A DNA stretch of 62,426 bases, the filler included. It is 4 parts of 4 records of this genome, joined end to end, with 100 filler letters (N's around TTAATTAATTAA, not from the genome) between each part and the next. Parts side by side here need not be neighbours in the genome. Positions count along the whole stretch, not along the records: positions 1 to 28,649 come from SRR20825019_814; positions 28,750 to 41,844 come from SRR20825019_822; 2 more parts are not named here. One strand, given 5' to 3'. Positions 24,836 through 35,432 of this stretch are shown piece by piece; position 1 is the stretch's first letter, and the number at the start of each line of letters is the position of its first letter. The position numbers were made by a program, and so were the translations under genes. The notes under the pieces were generated by a model. The model searched no databases. It saw only the letters and a list, made by a program, of their open reading frames with translations, and had not been told where the DNA came from.

Positions 24836-26610
24836 CTACTGGTCGTCTGCCGCAGAGGTAGACTCCTCGGGATTTGTTTGTGAAAGCATTGCGTCGAAGA
24901 GATGAAAGAGGTTAAATACCACCATATCCACAGAACGCTCGTGGCTCCTATGGGGTTTTCCCGCGTAGTCACCTCCATCTTCAGGATCAACAAGCACATC
25001 GTTCTCGTACGCCTCGATCCCATACTGAAATATTGTCAGAAGCGATCACACAGCCCGACATTCCATATCATACCTGCGCGGCATTCACGACAATATCAGC
25101 CATCTGCGAGCTACCAGTCTCAATCTTCTCGTTCACTTTGTCTCTGGCATATAGATAGTTTAGAAATTCTTGTGATTGGGCCTCTGTAAGAAACACAGGT
25201 TAACACTTGAAACGTTCAAAATGCTGCCAAAGACTAACGTTCATATTCGACACGATGCCAGTCATGCCTAGCAGTCGACTTGGGCGGAGTCCTTAGATGT
25301 GGCTGGGAGGTCACGACAATGTCCGACATGGTCGATGACAGAACTCGCACATACTCCGCTCGCAGCAAGTTGCAGATTACGTGGGCATCCTGAGGGCTCA
25401 ATGACTGCCTCACCAAGTCCACTGGTACTAATGACAGGCTCGTCTTGTTTGCCGCGGCCATCGCGGCGAGGACTTTATCTGTATGCTTTTGCAGGGTATA
25501 TTGCGTGAGAATCTTTCGAAGAAACATGGGGAAGTCGTGGCCATCTATGCTAGCGCCAATCTCGGCCGGGGTTGGCGGGGGCAGCGGGACACTATTCTTC
25601 GGAGGAGCAAAAGCGAGAAGGCTCATCTTAACCCTCATGATCAAAAGCGAAAGTCCTCCGGGCACCCCCCATCTCACGAGATCACCAGCAGACAGAGCAC
25701 GGACAAAATCACGCCCATTCACTTTTCTGTCCAGCAAAATTGCCTTGATATCCTTTGAAGGGGCTGGTCGAACCCGTTGGCATAGGACGTTCACCAATTC
25801 TTCGGGAGTCATATTGTCAAATTGATAATGGTTTGGGAGCTCCACTTGATCCAAGGAGTTGTGAGACCTCTTTCCATACTCGCGGAGAACAAAGACAGCG
25901 TTGGGCGAAAAGCCAGCACGCAGAAACTGCTTATCCGACCACTCATAGAAAGCAGTGCCTCCTATCTCCCCATTCAATATTATATTACTAGTGTTTTTCG
26001 ATGCTGGCTCATAAAAGTATTGATTCCAGAAGCCATTCATCCCTTCCGGAGTCATGCCTACAAAAAATCTCAGCGGTACTACCGGAGTGCTTGGACGCTG
26101 CAAAACGTCCTCAACATAGTTGCCGATACGGTTTGCGTCTTCCTCAGAACACCCAATGAAGTTGTGAAGCCACACTTTGCTCTGCTTAACATAAACGAGG
26201 GTGGCGCCGCACACAAGGTTTTTCCTCAGTGACTCTTTTGTTTCCAAGCTCAGAGCTGCACCCAAGACTATGTCCAAGTGGTCCAAAACTTCGTCGACAG
26301 ACATTCCGGCGATCACCTCCTTGGTAACCCATTTCTCAAACGCTCCATCTAGTCTCACCGGGCGAAGAAACTCCTCCATGAAAGACTTCGCCACAGGACG
26401 TGATAAACCAAACTTAAGCAGATCATCTTCACTTGCATACATCAGAGTCTTCACAGAAATCTCGGCAGCCATGAGATTCGTGAAGCTCTGTGTGTCCAGG
26501 GTGAACTTCAGGCTCTTTTTCAGACCTGCATACTCAAAACTTCTGTCGTGGCCAACTTCGGGAGTCGCGCTGTCGGGGTCATACCCGTACTTTGGCTTGG
26601 CCTTGCTCAT
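24836..26610 (-). CDS. Protein with several tandem degenerate SAM-like domains; small 3' exons extend it beyond the 458-aa ORF
   Basis: Repeated SAM-like units such as MTPEELVNVL..LLDRKVNGRDFVRALSAGDLVRWGVPGG and MSVDEVLDHL..LRKNLVCGATL. Probable spliced tail ends ESTSAADDQ* at 24836. Confidence 0.6.
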
Positions 26611-26699
26611 GAGTCACCCTGTTCTCATTTCCAGCCCACTACCCTAAGTGTTGCTTCTGTCTGGTGTGAAGCTTATATTCGAATGGCAAAAGTCACCAT

Positions 26700-27730
26700 G
26701 GCGGAGATGTGGGCTGCGGTTGGTGCGGTCAGGGCGGGCGGTGCGCCACGGCAACGGCCGCGTGCAGGGCCCCGGGGCCCGAGCCGCTGCTGGCCGGGGC
26801 GGCGCCAGAGTGGGGCGCCCGAAGAAGTGCGGTCGCGGGTCAACCGCCAAGCTGGGGGCGGCCCGGCGGGGCACTCACCGAGCGACCGCCGGGCGGGTTG
26901 GGGCCCGGAGAGTGGCGTTCATCAGTTCCGCGGCGGCCCAGTCCCGGCCGCGGTTGGCACCGGGCCCCCCCGGCGACGGCCCCGGCCGGGGCGCGGCGCG
27001 CGGCCGGCCAGGCTGCCGCCCCGGGCCGGGACGGGGCAGCCTTGCCGGGTCTGCGCGGGCCCGGCGGCGCCAGCCGCCGGCCACGGCCGGTCGGCCGCCC
27101 GCGGCGCCCGACCGCGGCCCGGCCGGCGCCGGGGCGGCCAGCAAGGTCCGGCTTCTGACCGTGACATGACATATCAATTGATCGTCCTCCTCTCCGGAAC
27201 CGGACCGAACCGCCACGGGAGCCCCGGGCGAGGAGCGGCGAACCGGCACGCCGCCGGTGCCACGAGCCGGGCACGGCGGCCGCCAGCCGGCCCGCCGGGC
27301 CGGGCCGCCGGCGGCGCCGCGGGCCTGGCCTGGCCCGGCCGCGCTCGGGCCCGTGACAGCGGATATCGGAACCCACGTCAGTTGTGGCCACCACGGGGGC
27401 CCCCGCCGGCACTGAATGCGGCCCCGGGCCGTCAGCCCCGGCCGGCTGCGGCCCGCGCGCGGGCGAGTCTGTCCTGCCGGAAGGGCCTGCGGACCGGGCG
27501 CACTCACGGTGACAGCGCAGTCCCCCGAGTGGCCGCCGCGCTAGGCCCAGAAAGGCCGACAGTCCACCCCGGCATGTGCCGGCCAGTCCACCTGGCCAGT
27601 CAGGATGTGCGCCTCGCCGGGCCCCGCTCTGCGGCCCCGGGTCTGGAGTCGGAGTCGCCGGGCCGCGCCGGGCCGCCGCCGGCCGGGCGCGGCGGCGGCC
27701 GCGGACGGTGGCGCCGCCAGTTGATGCCGT
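26700..27730. promoter_or_regulatory. ~1 kb GC island between divergent genes
   Basis: GGCC/CCGG-rich block between the SAM gene and MMAB starts. Confidence 0.5.
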
Positions 27731-27851
27731 CGTCCAGTCCAAGCACAAGACTTCACTGACTGGGCTGATAGTCTTTGGTTCGCCTGTGGCCCAATATTAG
27801 GAATGACATAAGTGATTCTTTGTTGCTCGTTTAGTATCGAGTCACAACACC

Positions 27852-28605
27852 ATGAAGGTTTATACTAAGACTGGAGATGGTGGCGAAACTAGCCTTTTCA
27901 CTGGTGAAAGGGTGCCCAAGTCTCAGAGCCATGTGGAGGCATATGGAACTGTGGACGAGTGCAACTCCCATATTGGGGTGGTTCTTGCCTTCATGCAGAA
28001 AGAGGAGAACAGTGAAGAGGAGAAGCGAGTGATGTCTCAGCTGCATAAAGTATTTGATTCGGCCAAGCTTTAGGGGAGCAGTTGTTTTGACGATGGTGGT
28101 TATGTAGATTCAGTGCTGGCTCTTTGACGTTGGGGCCCACCTGGCCACTCCTCTGTCGTCTTGCACCGCTGAACAGAAGGAGAGAACGGCCATGCCCGAG
28201 GTACTCCTTGGCACTTTTGGCGTATTGGGAATGCTAACGTAGCTTAGGGGATGTGCGAAGTTTTGGAAGGCTGGATCGATGAGTGGGAGAAGACTCTGCC
28301 GAAGCTGACCAACTTCATTTTGCCCGGAGGTTCCCTTGCCGGAGCTCAGCTACATGTATGCCGTACTGTAGCGAGGCGCGCAGAGCGACTCGTTGTTGGC
28401 GTCGTCCAGAATGGTGATGCCGGACCGGAGGTAAGCATTTTGAATGAGCTTGCTGTCTTAACCGTCTGACAATGGTGGTGTCCAATAGGTTGGGGCGTTC
28501 ATGAACAGGCTGTCAGACTATTTCTTCGTATTGTCTCGGAGTGTGAACGCCTTGCACGGTGCACCCGAGAATGTGTGGAAAAAGACTCCGGTCACATCTA
28601 CATGA
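27852..28605 (+). CDS. MMAB: ATP:cob(I)alamin adenosyltransferase (PduO/MMAB type); three introns
   Basis: [57 protein letters not shown] and MNRLSDYFF. Confidence 0.95.
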
Positions 28606-28649
28606 CGTGCTTACAAGAATGACCCAGTCGCCGGGGAGGAAGGGGCGGG

Positions 28650-28749
28650 NNNNNNNNNNNNNNNNNNNNNNNNNNNNNNNNNNNNNNNNNNNNTTAATTA
28701 ATTAANNNNNNNNNNNNNNNNNNNNNNNNNNNNNNNNNNNNNNNNNNNN
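28650..28749. other. Artificial contig linker (N44-TTAATTAATTAA-N44)
   Basis: N-run with a six-frame stop spacer; base composition and gene style change abruptly across it. Confidence 0.99.
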
Positions 28750-28963
28750 AGATTTACGTGAAAACCACGGAATTTTCTGCTCAATAGTTGTGTATCCAGT
28801 AATCCCAAAAGGATTGATACTTTTAAGGATGATACCAACTGCAACGCATACGATGCAGGATATTGAAGAAACTTTAGAAGCTTTTTCTGCAATACGTGAG
28901 CGATTAGAAAACGGAACATACAAACGTCTTTCAGCGGCTGTTTCAGAAGCTATGGGCGAATAA
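28750..28963 (+). CDS. 3' end of an alpha-oxoamine synthase family PLP enzyme (SPT/cysteate acyltransferase/BioF-like), truncated by contig edge
   Basis: Translation DLRENHGIFCSIVVYPVIPKGLILLRMIPTATHTMQDIEETLEAF matches the C-terminal P.VP.G..LR....A.HT..DI motif of this family. Confidence 0.8.
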
Positions 28964-28987
28964 ATATTAAGCAGAAGATCTTAATAT

Positions 28988-29017
28988 AAAAAACCACCTT
29001 TTTTAGGTGGTTTTTTT
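28988..29017. terminator. Bidirectional intrinsic terminator between convergent genes
   Basis: AAAAAACCACCT-TTTT(T)-AGGTGGTTTTTTT inverted repeat flanked by A and T tracts. Confidence 0.9.
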
Positions 29018-29019
29018 AT

Positions 29020-30138
29020 TTAAATATCTTTTCTAAAAGTACTACGTTCCTTATGCTGCACTGGATTGTAATCTTTCCAAAGTAACTGTACCGCTGTATT
29101 TTCCTTAAGTTCAGGATTGGTTTCAACGGTGTGAATTCCTTTTGTGTTAAAAAGATGTTGCATTTCTTCAAAAATAATAGCGGTTACACCCTTTCCTTGG
29201 TATTCCGGATCAATTCCTATTAAGTAAAATGCTGCGGTATCATTTTTTTTCTGGGCTTGAAGAATATAATTCCAACCCAGAGGAAATAGTTTTCCGTTTG
29301 CTTTCTTCAAAGCTTTTGAAAATGAAGGCATTACAATGGAAAACGCAATTAACTTACCAGTTTCATCTTTTATACAACAAATATAATCTGGGTGAATAAA
29401 GCTAAAATATTTTTCTTTGTAATAATCAATTTGGTATTGTTGAATAGGAACAAACGTTTGTAGCGTATTGTATGTCTTGTTTAACAAGCCAAACATTGCA
29501 TCTACATAAGGTAGAATTTCTTTTTTGTCCTTAAAGCGAATTACAGAAAGTTTATACCGATCTCGAACAATTTTTGAAAATTTCGCTACTTTTTCAAAAA
29601 TGGAATCTGGTATTTTAAGTCTATATTCAACCCAAGTAGCTTGTTTTTCGTAGCCTAATTGCTCTAAATGTTGTGCATAGTATGGGTAATGATACCATGT
29701 AATCATAGTATTCATTTCTTCAAAACCCATTGTTAGTACGCCCGCTTTTTCCATATTACTAAAGCCTACGGGGCCTTCAGCATATTCTAGGTTGTGTTCG
29801 CGCCCTTTTTCATAAGCTTTTTCTAGTAAGGCTTTGGTTACTTCAATATCATCAACCATGTCCAACCAGCCAAAGCGAACTTTCTTCTTTTCCTGTTCAT
29901 TTATTTCTAGGTGATTTATAATTACGGCAATACGCCCAACTATTTCATCATTTTTATATGCTAAATAATACCAAGCTTCAGCATTTTTAAATACTGGATT
30001 TTTTTTAGTATCCAGCGTTTCCATTTCATCTTTAGTCAATGAAGGAACCCAAAATTCACTGTTTTTGTATAATTTAAAGGGAAAAGTGATAAACTTCTTA
30101 AGATCACTTTTTGAGGAAATTTGTTTTATAGTAATCAT
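29020..30138 (-). CDS. YghO-like GNAT-fold acyltransferase (bacterial ceramide synthase-like family)
   Basis: KKFITFPFKLYK...WVPSL, VGRIAVIIN, VRFGWLD, GPVGFS and GNAT motif A IGIDPEYQGKGV..ELKEN. The ATG at 30138 avoids overlap with the upstream gene. Confidence 0.75.
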   Translation of the reverse strand: MITIKQISSKSDLKKFITFPFKLYKNSEFWVPSLTKDEMETLDTKKNPVFKNAEAWYYLAYKNDEIVGRIAVIINHLEINEQEKKKVRFGWLDMVDDIEVTKALLEKAYEKGREHNLEYAEGPVGFSNMEKAGVLTMGFEEMNTMITWYHYPYYAQHLEQLGYEKQATWVEYRLKIPDSIFEKVAKFSKIVRDRYKLSVIRFKDKKEILPYVDAMFGLLNKTYNTLQTFVPIQQYQIDYYKEKYFSFIHPDYICCIKDETGKLIAFSIVMPSFSKALKKANGKLFPLGWNYILQAQKKNDTAAFYLIGIDPEYQGKGVTAIIFEEMQHLFNTKGIHTVETNPELKENTAVQLLWKDYNPVQHKERSTFRKDI

Positions 30139-30148
30139 ATTCAAAATG

Positions 30149-31141
30149 CTATTGTTCGCCATTATCTTCTATATCCAGTTCGTCCAACCGGTCTTGTTTT
30201 TTGTCTTCATCTTTTACTTTTTCCTTTTTATCTTTTTGCTCTTTTGTAGCTTCATCTTCCAAATACTCGTCTTTATTGTGCATGTCAAAACGGTATGCAA
30301 CACCTACGCGTCCATAAAATTTTGAAGGTGTGTCTTTAAAATTAACGGTTAAAGAAAGATCTATTTGAAAATTTTCATTGAGTAATGCTGCTGCCCCCCC
30401 ACGTAGAAGTTGGTCTGAATAGAAATCACTTTTCAATCCTTGGTTTTCCACAAAAACTGAAAAATAGCGATTGGTAGCATGCGTTAATGTAACTATATAG
30501 CCATAAGTTGGAAAATCGGTTGTAACACGGTCAACAATTATATTTGTAACTAAAACCCATCCGCCTATAAAATTATTTTGTGTAGCAAGAATAAGTTTAG
30601 GGCTAACGCTACTGTCTGCCTCAGGTGTAAAAGGATTGTCTGCAAAATCGAAATTTGCCCCTGCGTATACTGAAATTGCAGGAATTAAATCTGCCCATTG
30701 TATTCTATTGTTTGCTTTCCAGCTATACAAATTAGGCCCTTTTAGTTCACGTTTTCTATAAGGATCATAAATTAAATATTTAGCTCCAACGGTATTACTT
30801 TTAAAGTTTGACAAACTGTATTCTCTTACTGTTGAAGAACGATTATCCACAACATTATTTGATTGAAACTCACCCATAAGGCTAATTTCTAATCGTTCTT
30901 TCCAAAAACCATATCTCACAGAGTAGTCAATCCCCAACCCATCTGATTCAGTTTTTAACAAGGTATGTTTTTCCTTTCCGTAGTTAATTCCAGACTCTAT
31001 TTGAAGTACATTCGTACCAACGGAAAATGCTCCTTGAGAGCCACCTGGACGGTTGGTGTTTATCATTTCAGTATACTGTGCCGAAGCATTTAAAAACGGT
31101 ATAAAAAAGAACAGAAATAAAAAAGGAAGTTTGCTATTCAT
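30149..31141 (-). CDS. Outer-membrane beta-barrel 'transporter' (MetA-pathway/PF13557-like)
   Basis: Signal peptide, INTNRPG..QGAFSVG..LQIESG start motif, alternating beta-strands ending GVAYRFD, followed by a charged tail. Confidence 0.7.
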   Translation of the reverse strand: MNSKLPFLFLFFFIPFLNASAQYTEMINTNRPGGSQGAFSVGTNVLQIESGINYGKEKHTLLKTESDGLGIDYSVRYGFWKERLEISLMGEFQSNNVVDNRSSTVREYSLSNFKSNTVGAKYLIYDPYRKRELKGPNLYSWKANNRIQWADLIPAISVYAGANFDFADNPFTPEADSSVSPKLILATQNNFIGGWVLVTNIIVDRVTTDFPTYGYIVTLTHATNRYFSVFVENQGLKSDFYSDQLLRGGAAALLNENFQIDLSLTVNFKDTPSKFYGRVGVAYRFDMHNKDEYLEDEATKEQKDKKEKVKDEDKKQDRLDELDIEDNGEQ

Positions 31142-31159
31142 GAAATGTTGGGTTTAGTT

Positions 31160-31167
31160 CAAAGATA
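31160..31167 (-). promoter_or_regulatory. Bacteroidetes-type -7 promoter element (TATCTTTG)
   Basis: Matches TAnnTTTG about 20 nt upstream of the 31141 start codon. Confidence 0.6.
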
Positions 31168-31247
31168 TAAGATTTTACCAATAATTTAATAGTCAATATT
31201 CGTCTTTTTCTGCATCAATCCTTATTTTTGGAAAGAATTTGACTATT

Positions 31248-31511
31248 ATGATGACATTCCTAAAAACGATATTAATCGTTCTTCTGGTATATTTCGGGCT
31301 TAAATTTTTAATTAAGCTCGCTACACCTTATTTAATGCGCTATATTTCGAAAAAAGCAGGACAACAGTTTGAGCAATTCTTCGGAAATAACCCAAACATG
31401 AATACTTCGCAAGAAAAAGAAGGAAGTATTACTATTGATAAAAATCCTGCTGCCAATTCACGTTCCAGTAAAAAAGTTGGAGAATACGTGGAGTTTGAAG
31501 AAGTAGATTAA
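31248..31511 (+). CDS. DUF4834-like small membrane protein
   Basis: N-terminal TM and C-terminal KKVGEYVEFEEVD, typical of this Bacteroidetes family. Confidence 0.75.
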   Translation: MMTFLKTILIVLLVYFGLKFLIKLATPYLMRYISKKAGQQFEQFFGNNPNMNTSQEKEGSITIDKNPAANSRSSKKVGEYVEFEEVD

Positions 31512-31650
31512 AAAAATGTTTGCATTTAAAGTAAAGTTTCATTTTGAATACTTTAGTTAAAACTTTTGAGAGTTTTCCTTTAGTCATGTTTGCCAAGTTT
31601 TCTGAATTATTTTTCATAATTTCCCCTCTTCATAATTTTAAGTCCAATTT

Positions 31651-34086
31651 ATGCATCCCAGCTACAAAAAATTTCTTCCTCATTTAGTTGTTTTTGTTTT
31701 ATTTATAATTGCTTCACTTGCATATTTTAATCCAGTTTTACAGGGAAAAAAAATATTCCAAAGTGATATTGTGCAATATACTGGAATGGCTAAACAGCAA
31801 AACGATTTTCGTGAAGCTACAGGCGAAGAAACATACTGGACTGACGCGGCTTTTGGAGGAATGCCAACCTATCAATTGGGCGCGAAATACCCAAATAATT
31901 ACATAAAACAACTCGATTTAGTCATTCGGTTTTTACCACGCCCAGCAGATTATCTATTCCTTTATTTTATTGGAATGTACATATTGTTTTTAGTATTAAA
32001 AGTAGATTATAAACTAGCTTTTCTCGGGGCATTAGCATTTGGTTTTTCAACCTATTTAATAATTATTTTAGGCGTAGGTCACAATGCAAAAGCGCACGCA
32101 ATAGCGTATATGCCTTTTGTATTAAGTGGTATATTTCTCACATTTCAAAGAAAATATTTGTGGGGATTCGTATTACTAACAGTCTCAATGGCGTTGGAAT
32201 TGGTTGCAAATCACTTCCAGATGACGTATTATTTGATGCTTTTAGTCCTTATTATTGGCATCGTTTATTTAATAGATGCTTTTAAGAAAAAACTCTTGTC
32301 ACATTACTTTAAAGCTGTTGGCATCATGGCTTTTGGTGTTTTAATTGCCGTTGGCTTAAATGCCACAAATATTTTAGCAACCAAGGAATATGCAGATTCC
32401 TCAACACGAGGAAAAACGGAGCTGACTATCAACGCAGATGGCACGCCAAAAGATTATAACACAGGATTAGATTTTGATTATATAACCGAATATAGCTACG
32501 GAAAACTGGAAAGTTTTAACCTGTTTATTCCGCGATTTATGGGAGGAAGTTCTTCAGAAGAATTTCCGAAAGATTCAAAAACCGTAGAAAGTTTAATGCG
32601 AATGGGGGCTTCTTCGCAAGAAGCAAATCAAATATTAAACCAAATTCCGATGTATTGGGGCGACCAAACTTTCGTGGGAGCTCCTGCCTATATTGGAGCA
32701 ATTGTTATATTTCTTTCAGTTTTGGCTTTGTTTTTAATTCGCGGACGATTGAAATGGTGGGTGGTTTCAACTTTTGTTTTAACACTGCTTTTATCATGGG
32801 GGAAAAATTTCAGCGGACTTTCAGAATTTTTTATTGATTACTTCCCGATGTACAATAAATTTCGAGCAGTTTCTTCCATACAAGTGATAATTGAACTTAT
32901 TCTTCCAATACTTGCAATTGTTGGTTTACATCAATTTTTTAATAAGTTTGATAAAGAAGAAGAAAAGAAAAAAGCCTTGCTTTGGGCTACTGGAATTGTT
33001 GGTGGGCTTACACTTATTTTTATCCTTTTTAAAGCTTCGTTATTCGATTTTGCGAGTCCGTATGATAGTTATTTTAGAGATGAAATGGGCTTGCCATTTT
33101 TGGAAGCGATACGCGAAGATAGAATGGCACTTTTTACATCAGATGCCATTCGCTCGTTGATTTTTGTTGCACTCACCGCCGCCGTTTTATGGTTTTATAT
33201 GATAGGAAAACTTAAAAATGGGTTTGCAATTGCTGCACTTACAGTTTTGGTTTTGATAGATTTAGTAGGGGTTAACAGACGTTATGTGAATGAAGACAAC
33301 TTTGTGCAAGCAAAAGTTATTGAAGAACCTTTTCAGAAAAACGGTGCAGATGCTCAGATTTTAGAAGATGAAGGTCATTATCGTGTTTATGATGCTACAT
33401 CAAACGCGTTTAATAGTGGTCGCGCAAGTTATTACCACAACGCTTTGGGGGGGTATCATGCTGCAAAACCAGGTAGAATGCAGGATTTGTTTGAGTTTTA
33501 CATAAGCAAAGGAAACATCGGAATCCTGAATATGATGAATGTGCGCTACATCATCACTCAATCTAAAAATGGGGGCGCAGTTTCACAACGAAATCCTTAT
33601 GCCAATGGCGATGCTTGGTTTGTTGAAAATGTACAGCCTGCTTCAAATGCAGATGAAGAAATACAACTTTTAGATAGTTTGAATACTAAAAAAACTGCTG
33701 TAATTAATACAGCTTTTCTTTCAAAAATTCCAAATAAAAACATAGAACGCGATAGCACCGCAACTATTGAGCTTTTTAGCTATCAGCCGAATCACTTGGT
33801 ATATGAGGCTGCTACAAAAACGGAACAGTTGGTTGTTTTTTCTGAAGTGTATTACCCACAAGGTTGGAACGCATATATAAATGGAAAACCTGCGGAATAT
33901 TTCCGTGCTAATTATGTGCTAAGAGCGATGATTATCCCTTCTGGAAACAACAAGATTGAGTTTAAATTTGAACCAAAAGTAATTGAAACAGGAAGTACCA
34001 TTTCTTTGGTGAGCAGTATTATTTTTCTTCTTATTTTATTGAGCGGATTGTATTTTGCTTTTTTGAAAAAAGAAGTTAAAGAATAA
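31651..34086 (+). CDS. YfhO-family polytopic membrane protein (GT-C-like)
   Basis: 811 aa with many TMs, WT...FGGMP.Y motif, and C-terminal FSEVYYPQGWNAYING..ANYVLRA..IEFKFEP. Confidence 0.85.
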   Translation: MHPSYKKFLPHLVVFVLFIIASLAYFNPVLQGKKIFQSDIVQYTGMAKQQNDFREATGEETYWTDAAFGGMPTYQLGAKYPNNYIKQLDLVIRFLPRPADYLFLYFIGMYILFLVLKVDYKLAFLGALAFGFSTYLIIILGVGHNAKAHAIAYMPFVLSGIFLTFQRKYLWGFVLLTVSMALELVANHFQMTYYLMLLVLIIGIVYLIDAFKKKLLSHYFKAVGIMAFGVLIAVGLNATNILATKEYADSSTRGKTELTINADGTPKDYNTGLDFDYITEYSYGKLESFNLFIPRFMGGSSSEEFPKDSKTVESLMRMGASSQEANQILNQIPMYWGDQTFVGAPAYIGAIVIFLSVLALFLIRGRLKWWVVSTFVLTLLLSWGKNFSGLSEFFIDYFPMYNKFRAVSSIQVIIELILPILAIVGLHQFFNKFDKEEEKKKALLWATGIVGGLTLIFILFKASLFDFASPYDSYFRDEMGLPFLEAIREDRMALFTSDAIRSLIFVALTAAVLWFYMIGKLKNGFAIAALTVLVLIDLVGVNRRYVNEDNFVQAKVIEEPFQKNGADAQILEDEGHYRVYDATSNAFNSGRASYYHNALGGYHAAKPGRMQDLFEFYISKGNIGILNMMNVRYIITQSKNGGAVSQRNPYANGDAWFVENVQPASNADEEIQLLDSLNTKKTAVINTAFLSKIPNKNIERDSTATIELFSYQPNHLVYEAATKTEQLVVFSEVYYPQGWNAYINGKPAEYFRANYVLRAMIIPSGNNKIEFKFEPKVIETGSTISLVSSIIFLLILLSGLYFAFLKKEVKE

Positions 34087-35372
34087 TGAAGAAAGCGCTA
34101 ATCATCACATATTATTGGCCTCCAGCGGGTGGCCCCGGCGTACAGCGATGGTTAAAATTTGTAAAATATTTTAGGGAATTTGATGTAGAACCAATTGTTT
34201 ACGTACCTGAAAACCCTAATTACCCTTTGGTTGATGAAAATTTTTCATCAGAAATCCCTTTCGATATTCAAATAATAAAGCAACCAATTTCAGAACCCTA
34301 TCGTTTCGCGAAGCTTTTTTCAAAAAAGAAAACAAAACAGATAAGCAGTGGGATTATTTCAAAAAAGGAAATTTCAGCAATTGAAAAATTAATGCTTTAT
34401 GTACGCGGCAACTTTTTTATTCCCGATGCACGAATTGGATGGGTAAAACCTTCGGTTAAATTTCTTTCAAAATATATTTTAAAAAACCCAATAGACGTAG
34501 TAATTACAACGGGTCCGCCACACAGTTTACATCTAATCGGGATGCAACTTCAAAAAGAATTAGGTTTAAAATGGATTGCAGATTTTCGAGATCCATGGAC
34601 AACGATTCACTATCACAAATCGCTCCGATTAAGTAAAACTTCGGAACGCAAACATAAAATGCTTGAAGCGTCTGTTTTAAAAACAGCAGATCTAATTACA
34701 GTAACCAGCCCAACCACCAAAAAGGAATTTGAAATGATATCAGAAACTCCAATAGCGGTGATTACAAATGGGTTTGATGCTAGCGAGCCATTCGATTTTG
34801 TGATGGATTCCACCTTTTCAATTTCACATATAGGTTCGTTGCTTAGTGAACGAAACCCTGAAGTTTTATGGAAAGTATTGGCGGAACTATGTAGCGAAAA
34901 TGCTTCGTTTAAAAACGATTTGCAGTTAAAATTTGCTGGTGCTGTTAGTGAAGAAATAAAGAAAAGTCTTGAAGATTTTCAGTTACTATCTAATTGTAGT
35001 TTTTTAGGATATGTGTCACATTCCGAAGCATTAAAACTTCAAAAGCAAAGTCAAGTTTTACTTTTGGTAGAAATAAATAGCGCGGAAACGCGCGCTATAA
35101 TTCCGGGAAAGCTTTTTGAATATTTGGCTGCTAAACGCCCAATTGTTGCTTTGGGACCAAAGGAAAGTGATATTGAAGGGACTATTACAGAAACAAATTC
35201 TGGGAAGTTTTTCAGTTATTGGGATGATGATGTGTTAAAGGCTGAAATTCTTCACTATTATGAAAATTTCAAAAAGGGAGAGTTGATTATTTCTTCTGAA
35301 GGGATTGAAAAGTATAGCCGTCGCGTATTAACGAAACAAATGGCTGCTTTAATACACACCCTAAAAAGGTAA
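34086..35372 (+). CDS. Glycosyltransferase family 4
   Basis: YYWPPAGGPGVQR, TTGPPHSLH, ADFRDPW and IPGKLFEYL; start overlaps the upstream stop (TAATG). Confidence 0.9.
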   Translation: MKKALIITYYWPPAGGPGVQRWLKFVKYFREFDVEPIVYVPENPNYPLVDENFSSEIPFDIQIIKQPISEPYRFAKLFSKKKTKQISSGIISKKEISAIEKLMLYVRGNFFIPDARIGWVKPSVKFLSKYILKNPIDVVITTGPPHSLHLIGMQLQKELGLKWIADFRDPWTTIHYHKSLRLSKTSERKHKMLEASVLKTADLITVTSPTTKKEFEMISETPIAVITNGFDASEPFDFVMDSTFSISHIGSLLSERNPEVLWKVLAELCSENASFKNDLQLKFAGAVSEEIKKSLEDFQLLSNCSFLGYVSHSEALKLQKQSQVLLLVEINSAETRAIIPGKLFEYLAAKRPIVALGPKESDIEGTITETNSGKFFSYWDDDVLKAEILHYYENFKKGELIISSEGIEKYSRRVLTKQMAALIHTLKR

Positions 35373-35408
35373 ACCTCCGATCTTCGCCTAGGCGAATCAC
35401 GAAGGTTT
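35371..35408. terminator. Hairpin between convergent genes (probable terminator)
   Basis: AAACCT..TTCGCCTAGGCGAA..AGGTTT imperfect inverted repeat. Confidence 0.6.
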
Positions 35409-35432
35409 AACCAACCAACCAAAAAACTATTT

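Noticed and set aside
26548-27759. Long Arg/Pro/Gly/Ala-rich ORFs of up to 403 aa in GC islands (also near 19093-20124, 10800-11900, 21700-22300 and 57500-58300)
   Set aside because: Stop codons are rare in extremely GC-rich DNA, ORFs overlap in several frames, and they contain no recognisable motifs.
31651-35372. YfhO plus GT4 pair as a novel glycosylation system
   Set aside because: A common arrangement in Flavobacteriaceae; nothing unusual is visible in the sequence.
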